Source: a bacterium
Lineage (GTDB): Bacteria; Patescibacteriota; Microgenomatia; UBA8517
NCBI GenBank assembly: GCA_030583725.1
Contig: CP129472.1
Coordinates: 401,701 to 465,700 of the forward strand
Direction of reading: 5' to 3'
Length of the DNA stretch: 64,000 bases
A program made the translations under genes and the position numbers. Below the pieces are notes generated by a model that had not been told where the DNA came from, ran no database searches, and saw only the letters and a program-made list of their open reading frames with translations. Positions 9,812 through 19,565 of the stretch are shown in pieces (the stretch's first letter is position 1; each line of letters opens with the position of its first letter).

Positions 9812-10861
9812 ATGACAACTCTAACTGAGGCATCAATAGGTTCTAGAAAAGCAATTCGTTATGGAATCTATGCCATAATTTCAATTATTATAGCTAGAAG
9901 TTTACTTTTGGGTGCAATATCTTTGTATAAAACAATTTTTCCCCCACCCCCAGAACCACCAACAGTAGCATTTGGTAGATTGACAAAACTTCCATTGCCA
10001 AATCTTCCAAAATTGAATCTAACCTTTACACTAGAGACTGCTGAAGGTGGGATACCTCAGTTCCCTTTAAAAACTAATGTCTATTTTATGCCTAAGAATA
10101 TCTCAAACTTACTAGCACTTGATATCTCTCAAGACAAAGTTAACAGACTAGGTTTTAACATAGAACCACAACAGGCATCAGACACAACTTTTAAGTTTTA
10201 TCACAAAACTGCACCCTCAAGTCTAGAAATGGATATTGTTAATGGCACATTCTCATTAAATTATGATTTAAACGCTGATCCCACACCACTATCTTTTAGA
10301 CCTAGCCAACCAGAAATTGCAAGAAACAGTATTAAGACCTTTTTAGCCTCGGCAAGTTTATATCCCCCTGATCTTGAAGGTGGAATATTTAAACATACCT
10401 ACTTAAAAACTCAGTCAGGTGGATTTACTCCCGCTTTATCTTTGTCAGATGCAAATTTAGTAAGACTTGATTTATTTAGAAAGAGTTACGACAACCTACC
10501 AACAGCCACCAAAAACCCAAATGAAGGAAATGTTTGGTTTTTAATTAGTGGAGTTAGAGAACGAGGTAAAGAGGTTTTGGCTGGTGAATATCACTATTTT
10601 CCTGTTGATGAAACACAATCAGCTACCTACCCTATTAAATCTGGTGAAGTAGCTTGGCAGGAGTTTGTGGGAGGAAATTACTTTATAGCCTCCAACGGAA
10701 CAGCCCAAGAAGGAGAAAATATTAAGATAAGAGAAATATATTTAGCCTACTATGACCCTGGTACCTATACTGAATTTTTCCAGCCTGTTTTTGTTTTTGA
10801 GGGAGATAAAGATTTTGTAGCCTATATCCCAGCAGTTACTCAAGATTACTACGGAGAGTGA
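9812..10861 (+). CDS. membrane-anchored hypothetical protein
   Basis: N-terminal TM segment followed by a PPPPEPP linker and a 300-aa extracytoplasmic domain. Confidence 0.4.
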   Translation: MTTLTEASIGSRKAIRYGIYAIISIIIARSLLLGAISLYKTIFPPPPEPPTVAFGRLTKLPLPNLPKLNLTFTLETAEGGIPQFPLKTNVYFMPKNISNLLALDISQDKVNRLGFNIEPQQASDTTFKFYHKTAPSSLEMDIVNGTFSLNYDLNADPTPLSFRPSQPEIARNSIKTFLASASLYPPDLEGGIFKHTYLKTQSGGFTPALSLSDANLVRLDLFRKSYDNLPTATKNPNEGNVWFLISGVRERGKEVLAGEYHYFPVDETQSATYPIKSGEVAWQEFVGGNYFIASNGTAQEGENIKIREIYLAYYDPGTYTEFFQPVFVFEGDKDFVAYIPAVTQDYYGE

Positions 10862-10879
10862 GAAAATCTTGGCAAAGTT

Positions 10880-11833
10880 TCACTTTGTGAGAAAATCTTG
10901 TCCTGAAGGAGCTATCTTTTGCCATTCATAATTTCCATATACCCAATCAATTAACTCTATTGTTTCTCCAAACCTATCACTACTACCTAAAACAACTATC
11001 ATTACTTTCCTATTATCTCTCTCTACAAAAGTAATTAAGTTTTCTCTGGCATTCTCAGTCCATCCAGTTTTAACTCCCATAACACCAGGGACTTCACCCA
11101 ATAATTTATTAATATTGACAAGTCTATGAGTAAACCTACCATCTACGCTTTTTACAATTGAGGTTTGAGTGTTTACTATTTCAGCAAACAGTGGATTATT
11201 CATTGCATATTTGGCAACCACCACTAAATCCCTTGTCGTTGAATATTGTGACCCATTATCTAAGCCTGTTGGATTACTAAAATGTGTATTGGTTAGCCCT
11301 AAGTCTTTAACCTTCTTATTCATTAATCCAATAAAAAGATCTCGTCCTCCAACATGGTTACTTGCCAAGACTTCAGCAGCATCATTTCCTGAATATATAA
11401 GTAGCCCCTTTAATAAATCTACGAATTTTATTTCTTCCCCCTGGACAAGCCCCATTTTTTGCCCCACTACGTTTATCCTGCCGACTTTTAAGACCTGTTC
11501 TAGGTCATAAGTATCAAGTGCCACTAGTGCTGTAACAATCTTGGTTGTAGAGGCTGGTAGAAGTGCTTTGTTTGGGTCCTTTTCATATAGAGTTACCCCA
11601 GAGTCCAAATCTACTGCCATGACAGACTGTGAAGATAAAATTGGGTAAGTTGCGTCATTTTTCAAAACTGGCAAATCTGGATATGTTTTTTTAACTTTAA
11701 CAATGGTTATGTAATCTTTAACCTTACTAAAGTTTCCAGATATTGAAATTGCTGTTGTTGAAATTAATAGAAAAGACAAAATAGATAAATAGAACAACTG
11801 ATCTCTAACCAGTGGGGTTTTACTTTTTGACAT
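10880..11833 (-). CDS. dacA: D-alanyl-D-alanine carboxypeptidase (PBP5/DacA-like serine peptidase)
   Basis: Signal/TM N-terminus and the SxxK (ASTTK), SxN (YSGND) and KTG (KTGWT) motifs in canonical order. Confidence 0.8.
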   Translation of the reverse strand: MSKSKTPLVRDQLFYLSILSFLLISTTAISISGNFSKVKDYITIVKVKKTYPDLPVLKNDATYPILSSQSVMAVDLDSGVTLYEKDPNKALLPASTTKIVTALVALDTYDLEQVLKVGRINVVGQKMGLVQGEEIKFVDLLKGLLIYSGNDAAEVLASNHVGGRDLFIGLMNKKVKDLGLTNTHFSNPTGLDNGSQYSTTRDLVVVAKYAMNNPLFAEIVNTQTSIVKSVDGRFTHRLVNINKLLGEVPGVMGVKTGWTENARENLITFVERDNRKVMIVVLGSSDRFGETIELIDWVYGNYEWQKIAPSGQDFLTK

Positions 11834-13214
11834 TTATTTTTATCCCAAGTTCCTTAAGTTGGTCATCGGATGCAGCACTTGGCGCATCGAGTACCGATGT
11901 TTGACCCGATGAAGTTGTAGGAAAAGCCATAACTTCACGAACTGAGGGCTCATTAAACATAGCCATAATAAATCTATCAAGACCTGGAGCTATACCACCA
12001 TGTGGGGGAACACCATAACTAAAAGCTGTTAACATATGATCAAATTGAGCTCTTTGTTCTTTAGAAAACCCAATCAATTTAAAAATCTGTTCCTGTAATT
12101 TGGAGTCACTAATTCTTATACTCCCACCCCCAACTTCAAAACCATTTAAGACCATGTCGTGCTGCAGTCCTCTTACCTTATTTGGATCAGTTTCTAAGAG
12201 TTCCAAGTCGTCTGGGTGGGGAGACGTGAACATATGATGTGATGGTGCCCACTTAGCCTCACCTGAACCATGGAAAAAATCTTCCTTTGTTTGCTCGGTA
12301 AACAATGGGAAATCAACAATCCAACAGAAGGCAAGCTCGTTAGGATCATTTTTGTCGACTCGAAGATCAGGTTTATCACTTCCATACTTTTCCCTAGCCT
12401 CTTTATGTGGAATTCTAGGCCAAGGTGTGTTTGAAATTTTCTTTTCTGGAAAAAGATTCAGCACTAGGTCCGTAAACATTTTTTCAGTCAACTCTAAAAT
12501 GTCATTTTGATCAATAAATGACATTTCCATATCAAGCTGTGTAAATTCGCCATAAGCACGATCTTTCCTGGGGTCTTCATCCCTGAAACATCTTGCAAAC
12601 TGGAAGTATCTTTCCATTCCCGCAACCATTAAAAGTTGCTTATATTGTTGTGGTGACTGTGGTAGTGCATAGAATTTACTATGTTGTAACCTTGAAGGAA
12701 CCAAGAAATCCCTTGCACCTTCAGGAGTAGTTTTAGTTAGAATTGGTGTTTCTATTTCTACAAAGTCATTATCTAATAGATAATTTCTTAAAAATTGTGT
12801 CATTTTTGATCTAATTCTAATGTTTCTAGCCATTCTAGGTCTTCTTAAATCTAAATATCTAAATTTTGTTCTGACATTTTCGTCAATATCATAGCCATCT
12901 GTATCAATAGGCATTGGAAGTTCTGAGGCTAGAGATAGAACTTTTAAACTTTCAATTTGTAGCTCAATTTCTCCTGTTTCAATCTCTTTATTAATTAGTT
13001 TTTCAGGCCTTTCAACAATCTTCCCAGTAATCTCAATAACACTTTCAACGCTAACCTTTTCTAAATTTTGTCCAACACATTGAATAATTCCCGTTCTGTC
13101 CCTTAAATCTATAAAACTGATTTTCCCATGATCACGTATGGTTTCCACCCAACCTTTAAGTGTTACTGTTTCACCAATCATCTCAATAGTTTCTTTGACT
13201 AATGTTCTCTTCAT
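11820..13214 (-). CDS. aspS: aspartyl-tRNA synthetase, short form lacking the GAD insertion
   Basis: Class II motifs FRDEDPRKDR, QLDMEM and GGGSIRI. At 464 aa it is too short to contain the bacterial GAD domain. Confidence 0.85.
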   Translation of the reverse strand: MKRTLVKETIEMIGETVTLKGWVETIRDHGKISFIDLRDRTGIIQCVGQNLEKVSVESVIEITGKIVERPEKLINKEIETGEIELQIESLKVLSLASELPMPIDTDGYDIDENVRTKFRYLDLRRPRMARNIRIRSKMTQFLRNYLLDNDFVEIETPILTKTTPEGARDFLVPSRLQHSKFYALPQSPQQYKQLLMVAGMERYFQFARCFRDEDPRKDRAYGEFTQLDMEMSFIDQNDILELTEKMFTDLVLNLFPEKKISNTPWPRIPHKEAREKYGSDKPDLRVDKNDPNELAFCWIVDFPLFTEQTKEDFFHGSGEAKWAPSHHMFTSPHPDDLELLETDPNKVRGLQHDMVLNGFEVGGGSIRISDSKLQEQIFKLIGFSKEQRAQFDHMLTAFSYGVPPHGGIAPGLDRFIMAMFNEPSVREVMAFPTTSSGQTSVLDAPSAASDDQLKELGIKINVKK

Positions 13215-13409
13215 ATATGTATTCTAACTTCAATATTAGGGATTGACAACAAGCACAAACATTTTTTACAATAGACGAGCAAGAAAGATATCATGAAAAA
13301 ATTATACACAGTCAAGACAATTATTAATCTCTTTACCTAAGGGGTTTGTCCTGACTTTTGTTTTTTGACAAACCTCTTTAACAAAAGGGGTTTTTTTTGA
13401 CCTAAAAAT

Positions 13410-13766
13410 ATGACTGAAAGAAAGAAACCAACAAAAGAGTTTAAATATCCAGACGGAAGCAGAATGTGCGTTGCTGGAAAAGTTAGAGCAAGCTGGTGGT
13501 CTCAACTAATATCAAAGGGTGATCTAACCGAGGAAGATTTGATAAAGCTCGCAGGAAAAGGTGAATATGCTGTAGCAAGGGGGGCAGATACTAACAAAAT
13601 AAATTATATCGCCATGATGGTTTATAGACACCTTAAATCTGGTGATCTAGAAGAATACACCACAGATGGTCAATTTATAAGTAACAACATAATACAAAAC
13701 GTCAACGATAACAAGTTTGCATATCTAATTCGACAAATATTTGGGGGGGGTGATAACTGTGACTGA
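13410..13766 (+). CDS. hypothetical protein (possibly frameshift-split, see findings)
   Basis: 118 aa ORF ending just after a G8 homopolymer. A GC-richer frame continues for about 55 codons downstream in another frame. Confidence 0.35.
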   Translation: MTERKKPTKEFKYPDGSRMCVAGKVRASWWSQLISKGDLTEEDLIKLAGKGEYAVARGADTNKINYIAMMVYRHLKSGDLEEYTTDGQFISNNIIQNVNDNKFAYLIRQIFGGGDNCD

Positions 13767-13912
13767 AAGACAAACTGACAACAATGAGGTTGTGGCAGTA
13801 GATGAGCGGACAAAAGCGGCCAGATTAAAAGTTTTAGAATCTGACAAGGTGGCTCAAGCGAATCGAGAAGCTGCAGAAGCAATAGAAACAGGAGAAGTGT
13901 TTTATGGGGGAA

Positions 13913-15562
13913 CTAAATAATTTTTATATCTTTATCATTCCTAATGTCTCGTATTTTCAACTGTATTGAGGTTTTGTTGTTCCAAACATTTTCTTCAACT
14001 GTGAAGGCAATATTTGCTTTTATGGGTTTTGAAGAAATGTAGTCACTTTTTGCATTAAACCAAATTGCATCTATTATTTTACTGTCTTGTTTTAGTTTCA
14101 TTTTTATATGCTTATTTTCACTACCAACTGTTTTTGTTTCCACAACTTCTACATCTTTACTTAAAAAAATTGGTGAGTAGTTACCATACCCTACAGGTTC
14201 TAGCTTTGTAATGAAATCTAATAAATCTTGATTAATAATACTAAAATCAATAACCGCATCAATTTTTAACTTTCTTAATAACATCTCTTTATTCAAATAT
14301 TTTTTTGATATTTCGTTTATTCTTTCTTTAAACAAACTAATTTTTTTAGTTTCTATTGAAAACCCAGCAGCCATAGGGTGACCACCACCCTCTATGATTA
14401 ATCCAGTTTCTTTAATAGCTTCAATAATATTGAACCCACTAATTGATCTTGCTGAAGCTTTTGATATCTTTTCACCTTTTGAAAATATTATTGAAGGTTT
14501 ATATAATTTTTCTGTAACTCTACCTGACGCCAAACCAATTACTCCTTCATGATAATCACCTTCTATAACAATCACATTTAACTCTTGATCGACTTCTTTT
14601 AATGTTCTTATCAAAACATCTTCCACTATTTGTTGTCTTTTTAGGTTTGTATCATTTAACAACTTTGAAAGTATTAGTGACTTTTTTTTGTCTCTGGTAC
14701 AGAGTAACCTTAAAGAATCAGTAGCATTTAAAAGCCTTCCCATAGCATTTATTCTTGGGGCTATAATAAAACCAATTTCATATACACCAACTTTTGAAAT
14801 ACCTGCAGATTTAATTAATTCTTTTAATCCTAACTTTTTTGTTTTACCAGCGGAGCTGGCCAAGCTATGCTTATTCAGTTCTTCTAGTCCATACTTAACC
14901 AATGACCTGTTTATCCCCAAAAGAGGCATTTGATCAGCAACTGTTCCAATAGCAACCAGCTCCAAATTATCAAAAACTTTGAGTTCTTTAGCTAAAAACC
15001 AAGAAAGAGCAGATCCACAAACCTCAGTCGAATGAATAATATATTCTGTATCTAACTTCTTTTTTGTTTTCTGATGATGATCAACTACAATCACATCAAT
15101 TTTTTTGTTTTTTGCTGTTTTTATTGCACTATGAGCAACAATGCCGTTATCAACAGTTACAATCAATGCTGGATTTAGAGCTTTAAACTTGGAATTTTTA
15201 AAAGTTTGAGATTTAATACCATAACCTTCTTCAAACCTATCGGGTATGTATGGTAAAGCATCAAAACCTAATTTATAAAGCGCCTCCCAAAGTATTGCTG
15301 TTGAACAAACACCATCTGCATCATAATCACCAAAAATTACAATTTTCTCTTTTTTTTCTTTTGCTAATTTTAATCTTTGAAGGACCCTATTAATTGAAGC
15401 TTTTGGAACACCCAAGTCAATTAGATTTATATCCTTTGGATTTTTAGGTTCTAAAAAATCTTTGACTTCATTTTCAGATTTTAGTCCCCTGTTTTTAAAA
15501 ATTACTTTTTGTAAAACCTCGATACTATTTACCTTAGTGCCGTCTAATATTTCCCATTTCAT
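13913..15562 (-). CDS. recJ: single-stranded-DNA-specific exonuclease RecJ
   Basis: DHH motifs (IFGDYDADGVCS, VVDHHQ) and the DHHA1 motif GGGHPMAAG. Confidence 0.85.
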   Translation of the reverse strand: MKWEILDGTKVNSIEVLQKVIFKNRGLKSENEVKDFLEPKNPKDINLIDLGVPKASINRVLQRLKLAKEKKEKIVIFGDYDADGVCSTAILWEALYKLGFDALPYIPDRFEEGYGIKSQTFKNSKFKALNPALIVTVDNGIVAHSAIKTAKNKKIDVIVVDHHQKTKKKLDTEYIIHSTEVCGSALSWFLAKELKVFDNLELVAIGTVADQMPLLGINRSLVKYGLEELNKHSLASSAGKTKKLGLKELIKSAGISKVGVYEIGFIIAPRINAMGRLLNATDSLRLLCTRDKKKSLILSKLLNDTNLKRQQIVEDVLIRTLKEVDQELNVIVIEGDYHEGVIGLASGRVTEKLYKPSIIFSKGEKISKASARSISGFNIIEAIKETGLIIEGGGHPMAAGFSIETKKISLFKERINEISKKYLNKEMLLRKLKIDAVIDFSIINQDLLDFITKLEPVGYGNYSPIFLSKDVEVVETKTVGSENKHIKMKLKQDSKIIDAIWFNAKSDYISSKPIKANIAFTVEENVWNNKTSIQLKIRDIRNDKDIKII

Positions 15563-15585
15563 ATACTCTGATATAATATCATAGT

Positions 15586-16932
15586 ATGCAATTTAATCTT
15601 CCAAAAGATGTAAGTAGTCTGTTAACCAACTTCAAAAAAAATAAATATGAAATATATGTTGTAGGTGGTGCCGTTAGAGACCTGCTGATGGGAAAAGATG
15701 TGGTTGATTGGGACTTTGCCACTAATGCAACACCTGAAGAAATACTATCTCTTTATCCAGATGGTTTTTACGATAACGCCTACGGCACAGTAGGCTTATC
15801 GCGGAGCAATAGCGACGATGATAACCTTAAACCATTTGAAATAACTACATATAGAACTGAATACGGCTACTCAGATAATAGAAGACCGGATAAAGTTGTC
15901 TGGGGTAAAACATTAAAAGAAGATCTTGAAAGGCGTGATTTTACAATAAACTCACTTGCTTTAGATGAAGATAAAATAATTGATTTTTTTGGAGGTCAGG
16001 ACGATTTAGATAAAAAAACACTGCGGGCAGTAGGTGACCCATCAGAAAGATTCAATGAAGATGCACTACGTATGATGAGAGCCGTGAGAATAGCGGGTGA
16101 ACTTAAATTTAAAATTGAATCAAAAACTTTTATGGCCATCCAAGAAAACACCACCCTAATTAATAAAATTGCAAAAGAGAGAATTAAAGATGAACTTTTT
16201 AAAATCTTAAAAAGCAATAATCCTTATTCAGGTATTGTCCACCTAAAAGAATCTGGTTTAATGCAAGAGATATTGCCTGAAATGATGAAGTGTTTTGGAG
16301 TAGAACAAAAGTCCCCCAGTAGACACCATATATATGACGTTGGCACACATTTATTAATGAGTTTAAAAGAATGTAAATCAAGTGATCCTGTTACACGTTT
16401 TGCAACCCTAATTCATGATATTGGTAAACCTCAAACTTATAGAAAACTACCAACTGGAGTTATAACTTTCTACAACCACGAAATGGTTTCAACAAGAATT
16501 GCAGAGAATATTGCAGACAGACTTAAACTATCGTCAAAAGAAAAAGATAAATTAATTAAACTTGTGAGGTTTCATCAGTTTACTGTAGATGAACACCAAA
16601 CAGATTCTGCAATTAGAAGGTTTATAACTAACGTTGGACTTGAGTATGTAGAAGATATGTTGGCTTTAAGAGTTGCAGACAGACTTGGTGGTGGCGCTTC
16701 AGAAACATCTTGGCGTTTGGAAGAGTTTAAAAAGAGATTAATTGAAGTTCAAAAACAACCTTTTTCGATTAAAGACTTAAAAATAAACGGAAAAGATGTA
16801 ATGAATACATTAAAAATTCCAAGTGGACCAAAGGTGGGCGAGATTTTGGAAAAACTATTTAATGAAGTTGTTGAGAACACGGTTCCAAATGAGAGAAAAA
16901 TATTACTAAAAAACTTAAAGGTCTTTTCTTAA
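15586..16932 (+). CDS. cca: CCA-adding tRNA nucleotidyltransferase with HD domain
   Basis: Pol-beta NTase head (YVVGGAVRDLLMG...DWDFAT), a tRNA_NucTransf2 region and a C-terminal HD domain (HHIYDVGTHL, LIHDIGKP). Confidence 0.8.
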   Translation: MQFNLPKDVSSLLTNFKKNKYEIYVVGGAVRDLLMGKDVVDWDFATNATPEEILSLYPDGFYDNAYGTVGLSRSNSDDDNLKPFEITTYRTEYGYSDNRRPDKVVWGKTLKEDLERRDFTINSLALDEDKIIDFFGGQDDLDKKTLRAVGDPSERFNEDALRMMRAVRIAGELKFKIESKTFMAIQENTTLINKIAKERIKDELFKILKSNNPYSGIVHLKESGLMQEILPEMMKCFGVEQKSPSRHHIYDVGTHLLMSLKECKSSDPVTRFATLIHDIGKPQTYRKLPTGVITFYNHEMVSTRIAENIADRLKLSSKEKDKLIKLVRFHQFTVDEHQTDSAIRRFITNVGLEYVEDMLALRVADRLGGGASETSWRLEEFKKRLIEVQKQPFSIKDLKINGKDVMNTLKIPSGPKVGEILEKLFNEVVENTVPNERKILLKNLKVFS

Positions 16933-17739
16933 CTTCTTACTTAATTTATCCCAAGTCACAAGTATCGGGACTGCAACAAACGGTGAAGAGTATGTTCCTG
17001 AAATTGTTCCAATCAAAAGCGCTGAAGCAAACCAACGAATAGAATCTCCTCCCAAAAGAACCATTGCTAAAAGCATAAAAATGATAGTGAAAGAATTATT
17101 TAAACTTCTAACCATAGTTTCTGATATTGCACTGTTTGCAATTTTTTCAATGTCACTACCAAGTTCTGGATCATATTTTTTTTGTTTTTCACGAATCCTA
17201 TCATAGACAACAATTGTGTCATGAACAGAAAAAGAGAGAATTGTTAAAACTGCTGTAACAAACAGAAAGTCTATTTCTACATCCATAAAATGACCGAGGA
17301 GAGAAAATGATCCAATTAAAATTAATGAATCATGAAGCATGGCAAGTATTGCAGATACACCAAACTTAAAACTTTTAAACTGTATAGCTATCCAAAATAA
17401 AATTAGAATAGCTGAAATAGCAATCGCGATATATGTTTTTTTGACAAGTTCTGGACCAATTGACGGGCCAACAACTTCAAATCTTAACTCTTCTGCATTT
17501 TTATTTTTGATCTCATCCCTTATTTTTTGTGTTTCTTCTTCAGATATGTAGGCAAATTTTTGAGCTTTAACTTCACCATCTTCCTGTCTATATTCAACAA
17601 CTACACCACCAGTAAAATCTATGCCTAATTTAAATCCCCATTTGAAAAGGCTGGAAATTCCAATGCTCAATAAAAGCATAGATATCACAAAGTATAAAAT
17701 CCTATATTTCATCCACGGAATTGTATTTTGGTTATTCAT
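16915..17739 (-). CDS. secF: protein-export membrane protein SecF
   Basis: SecD/F family topology, located immediately downstream of secD. Confidence 0.8.
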   Translation of the reverse strand: MNNQNTIPWMKYRILYFVISMLLLSIGISSLFKWGFKLGIDFTGGVVVEYRQEDGEVKAQKFAYISEEETQKIRDEIKNKNAEELRFEVVGPSIGPELVKKTYIAIAISAILILFWIAIQFKSFKFGVSAILAMLHDSLILIGSFSLLGHFMDVEIDFLFVTAVLTILSFSVHDTIVVYDRIREKQKKYDPELGSDIEKIANSAISETMVRSLNNSFTIIFMLLAMVLLGGDSIRWFASALLIGTISGTYSSPFVAVPILVTWDKLSKKLRKDL

Positions 17740-19005
17740 TTATTTCTTTTCCTCTCTAATAAACAACCTAAGTAAATTACGGCTCACAACAAGTCCAGTA
17801 AACAGAGATACTCCAATTCCCAAGGCCAATGTAATTGCAAAACCACGAACTGGGCCAGATACGTGCAAAAACTCCCAATCAAGAGGATTTGCCAGAATAA
17901 AGGAAGTTACAAGTGTTGCAACATTAGCATCTCTTATTGAATCCCAAGCCTTGCCAAATGAGACTTCCAACGCTTCTCTTATTGGTTTTAGTTTTATTTC
18001 CTCTTTAAGTCTCTCGAAAATTAAAATATTACTATCAACCGCCATACCAACAGCAAGTAAAAATCCTGCAATCCCTGGAAGCGTTAGAGTTACTGGAATA
18101 AGTTTATAAATAGCAAGTGTAATTACCCCAAATATAATCAAGGCTATATCTGCAATCAATCCATACCTACCATACATTAAAACCATAAATAACAAAACCA
18201 TAATTAAACCAACTATTCCCGCCCTTAAACTCACATTTACTGAGTCAACACCCAATGAAGCTGTAATAGTTTTTTGCTCAACTAAAAATACGGGAACAGG
18301 TAGGGCACCTGCGTTGAGTTGTACTTCTAGTTGAGAGGCCTCTTCAACTGAAAAGTTACCAGATATTTGTGCAGTTCCACCACTAATTTTCTCATTAACG
18401 ACAGGGGCCGAGACGATTTCGCCATCTAATATAATAGCTAGTGGTTTACCTATGTTTAATTCTGTAATTTCTTCAAACTTTTTTGATCCCTCATCAGTAA
18501 ATTCAATTGACACAGAGGGTTTGCCAGTATTTGGGTCAAAAACAGTATCTGCAGATTTTAGATCAGCACCAGTTAAATTGGTTGGGACCAAGCTTGTTTG
18601 TTCGGGGTTATCTTCAGAAACAGCAACTTCTGCAAAATACAACTGAGCAGTTTGGCCAATTAAATCACTTGCTGTTTTGGGGTCATTAATACCTGGAAGC
18701 TCGACAATTATCCTATCCTTACCCTCAAATCTTGAGCCGACCACATTACTCTCTGTCACACCAAAAAGATTTACTCTTTTTTCAATAACCTTACGTAAAG
18801 ATTCTATGGCCTGTTGTTTTTTTTCCTCCGCTAGTTCCCTTGTATCTGCTTCAAAAACAAGCCTACTTCCACCAGATAAATCTAAGCCCAATGATAAATC
18901 CCAAGTTTTTCCAAATAAAGGAAAACCAAAGCTTATCATTGTACAAGCTACAGTTAAAAGGAGAATTAAAAATAGTTTAACCAACAAGTTCTTCTTCATC
19001 ACCAA
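17740..19005 (-). CDS. secD: protein-export membrane protein SecD
   Basis: N-terminal TM, a large periplasmic domain and six C-terminal TM helices with SecD conserved blocks. Confidence 0.8.
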   Translation of the reverse strand: MVMKKNLLVKLFLILLLTVACTMISFGFPLFGKTWDLSLGLDLSGGSRLVFEADTRELAEEKKQQAIESLRKVIEKRVNLFGVTESNVVGSRFEGKDRIIVELPGINDPKTASDLIGQTAQLYFAEVAVSEDNPEQTSLVPTNLTGADLKSADTVFDPNTGKPSVSIEFTDEGSKKFEEITELNIGKPLAIILDGEIVSAPVVNEKISGGTAQISGNFSVEEASQLEVQLNAGALPVPVFLVEQKTITASLGVDSVNVSLRAGIVGLIMVLLFMVLMYGRYGLIADIALIIFGVITLAIYKLIPVTLTLPGIAGFLLAVGMAVDSNILIFERLKEEIKLKPIREALEVSFGKAWDSIRDANVATLVTSFILANPLDWEFLHVSGPVRGFAITLALGIGVSLFTGLVVSRNLLRLFIREEKK

Positions 19006-19561
19006 TTATCATTACTCGACTTGAAAGAAAAATGCCTTGCAAAAACGGATCACGTCTCTTTTTTCGATAGTCTAATTCTTCTCGAGTCATTACAGTGTAG
19101 TTGATTTCCCTACCCAATTTTGATTCATAAGTTCTAATTATCATGGCAATTTCAGGTAGAACAATTTCACCAACCACCAACATATCAACACTATCTTCAG
19201 TTTTTCTAGGTTTCATCCTTGCAAACCTACCTGAAAACATAATATAGCCAACTTTTCCTAGTTTGGATTTTGAATCTATTAGCGCCTTACCTAATCCAGT
19301 TGATTTTGAAACCATTGAAAGAAGGTCACCATAACCTGGATAGTCAGTTCTTAAATAATAGTAAATTCTATTACCCCTTGGTTCTTTTTTAAGAATTCCT
19401 TGCTTTTCAAGTCTCTCCAGTTCTCTTCTGACTGCATTAATTTCTTCACCAATCTCTCGGACAATTCCCCTGACGTGATACATCTCAGTGACATTAGAAA
19501 AGAAAAGGTCCAAGATTTTAACTCTAACCTTTGAAGTGATTATATCTTCTAGACTTGCCAT
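18977..19561 (-). CDS. winged-helix plus minimal nucleotidyltransferase-domain protein
   Basis: N-terminal wHTH-like region. The C-terminal GRFARM...DSVDMLVVG fits the GS-x(n)-DxD pattern of a minimal NTase. Overlaps the secD start by 29 nt. Confidence 0.4.
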   Translation of the reverse strand: MASLEDIITSKVRVKILDLFFSNVTEMYHVRGIVREIGEEINAVRRELERLEKQGILKKEPRGNRIYYYLRTDYPGYGDLLSMVSKSTGLGKALIDSKSKLGKVGYIMFSGRFARMKPRKTEDSVDMLVVGEIVLPEIAMIIRTYESKLGREINYTVMTREELDYRKKRRDPFLQGIFLSSRVMIIGDEEELVG

Positions 19562-19565
19562 TTTT

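Noticed and set aside
13215-13409. Possible T-box leader upstream of aspS, or terminator after ORF 13410
   Set aside because: Only a loose 8-bp hairpin (GGTTTGTC...GACAAACC) with a distant T-run was found. No T-box consensus (AGGGUGGNACCGCG) was seen on either strand.
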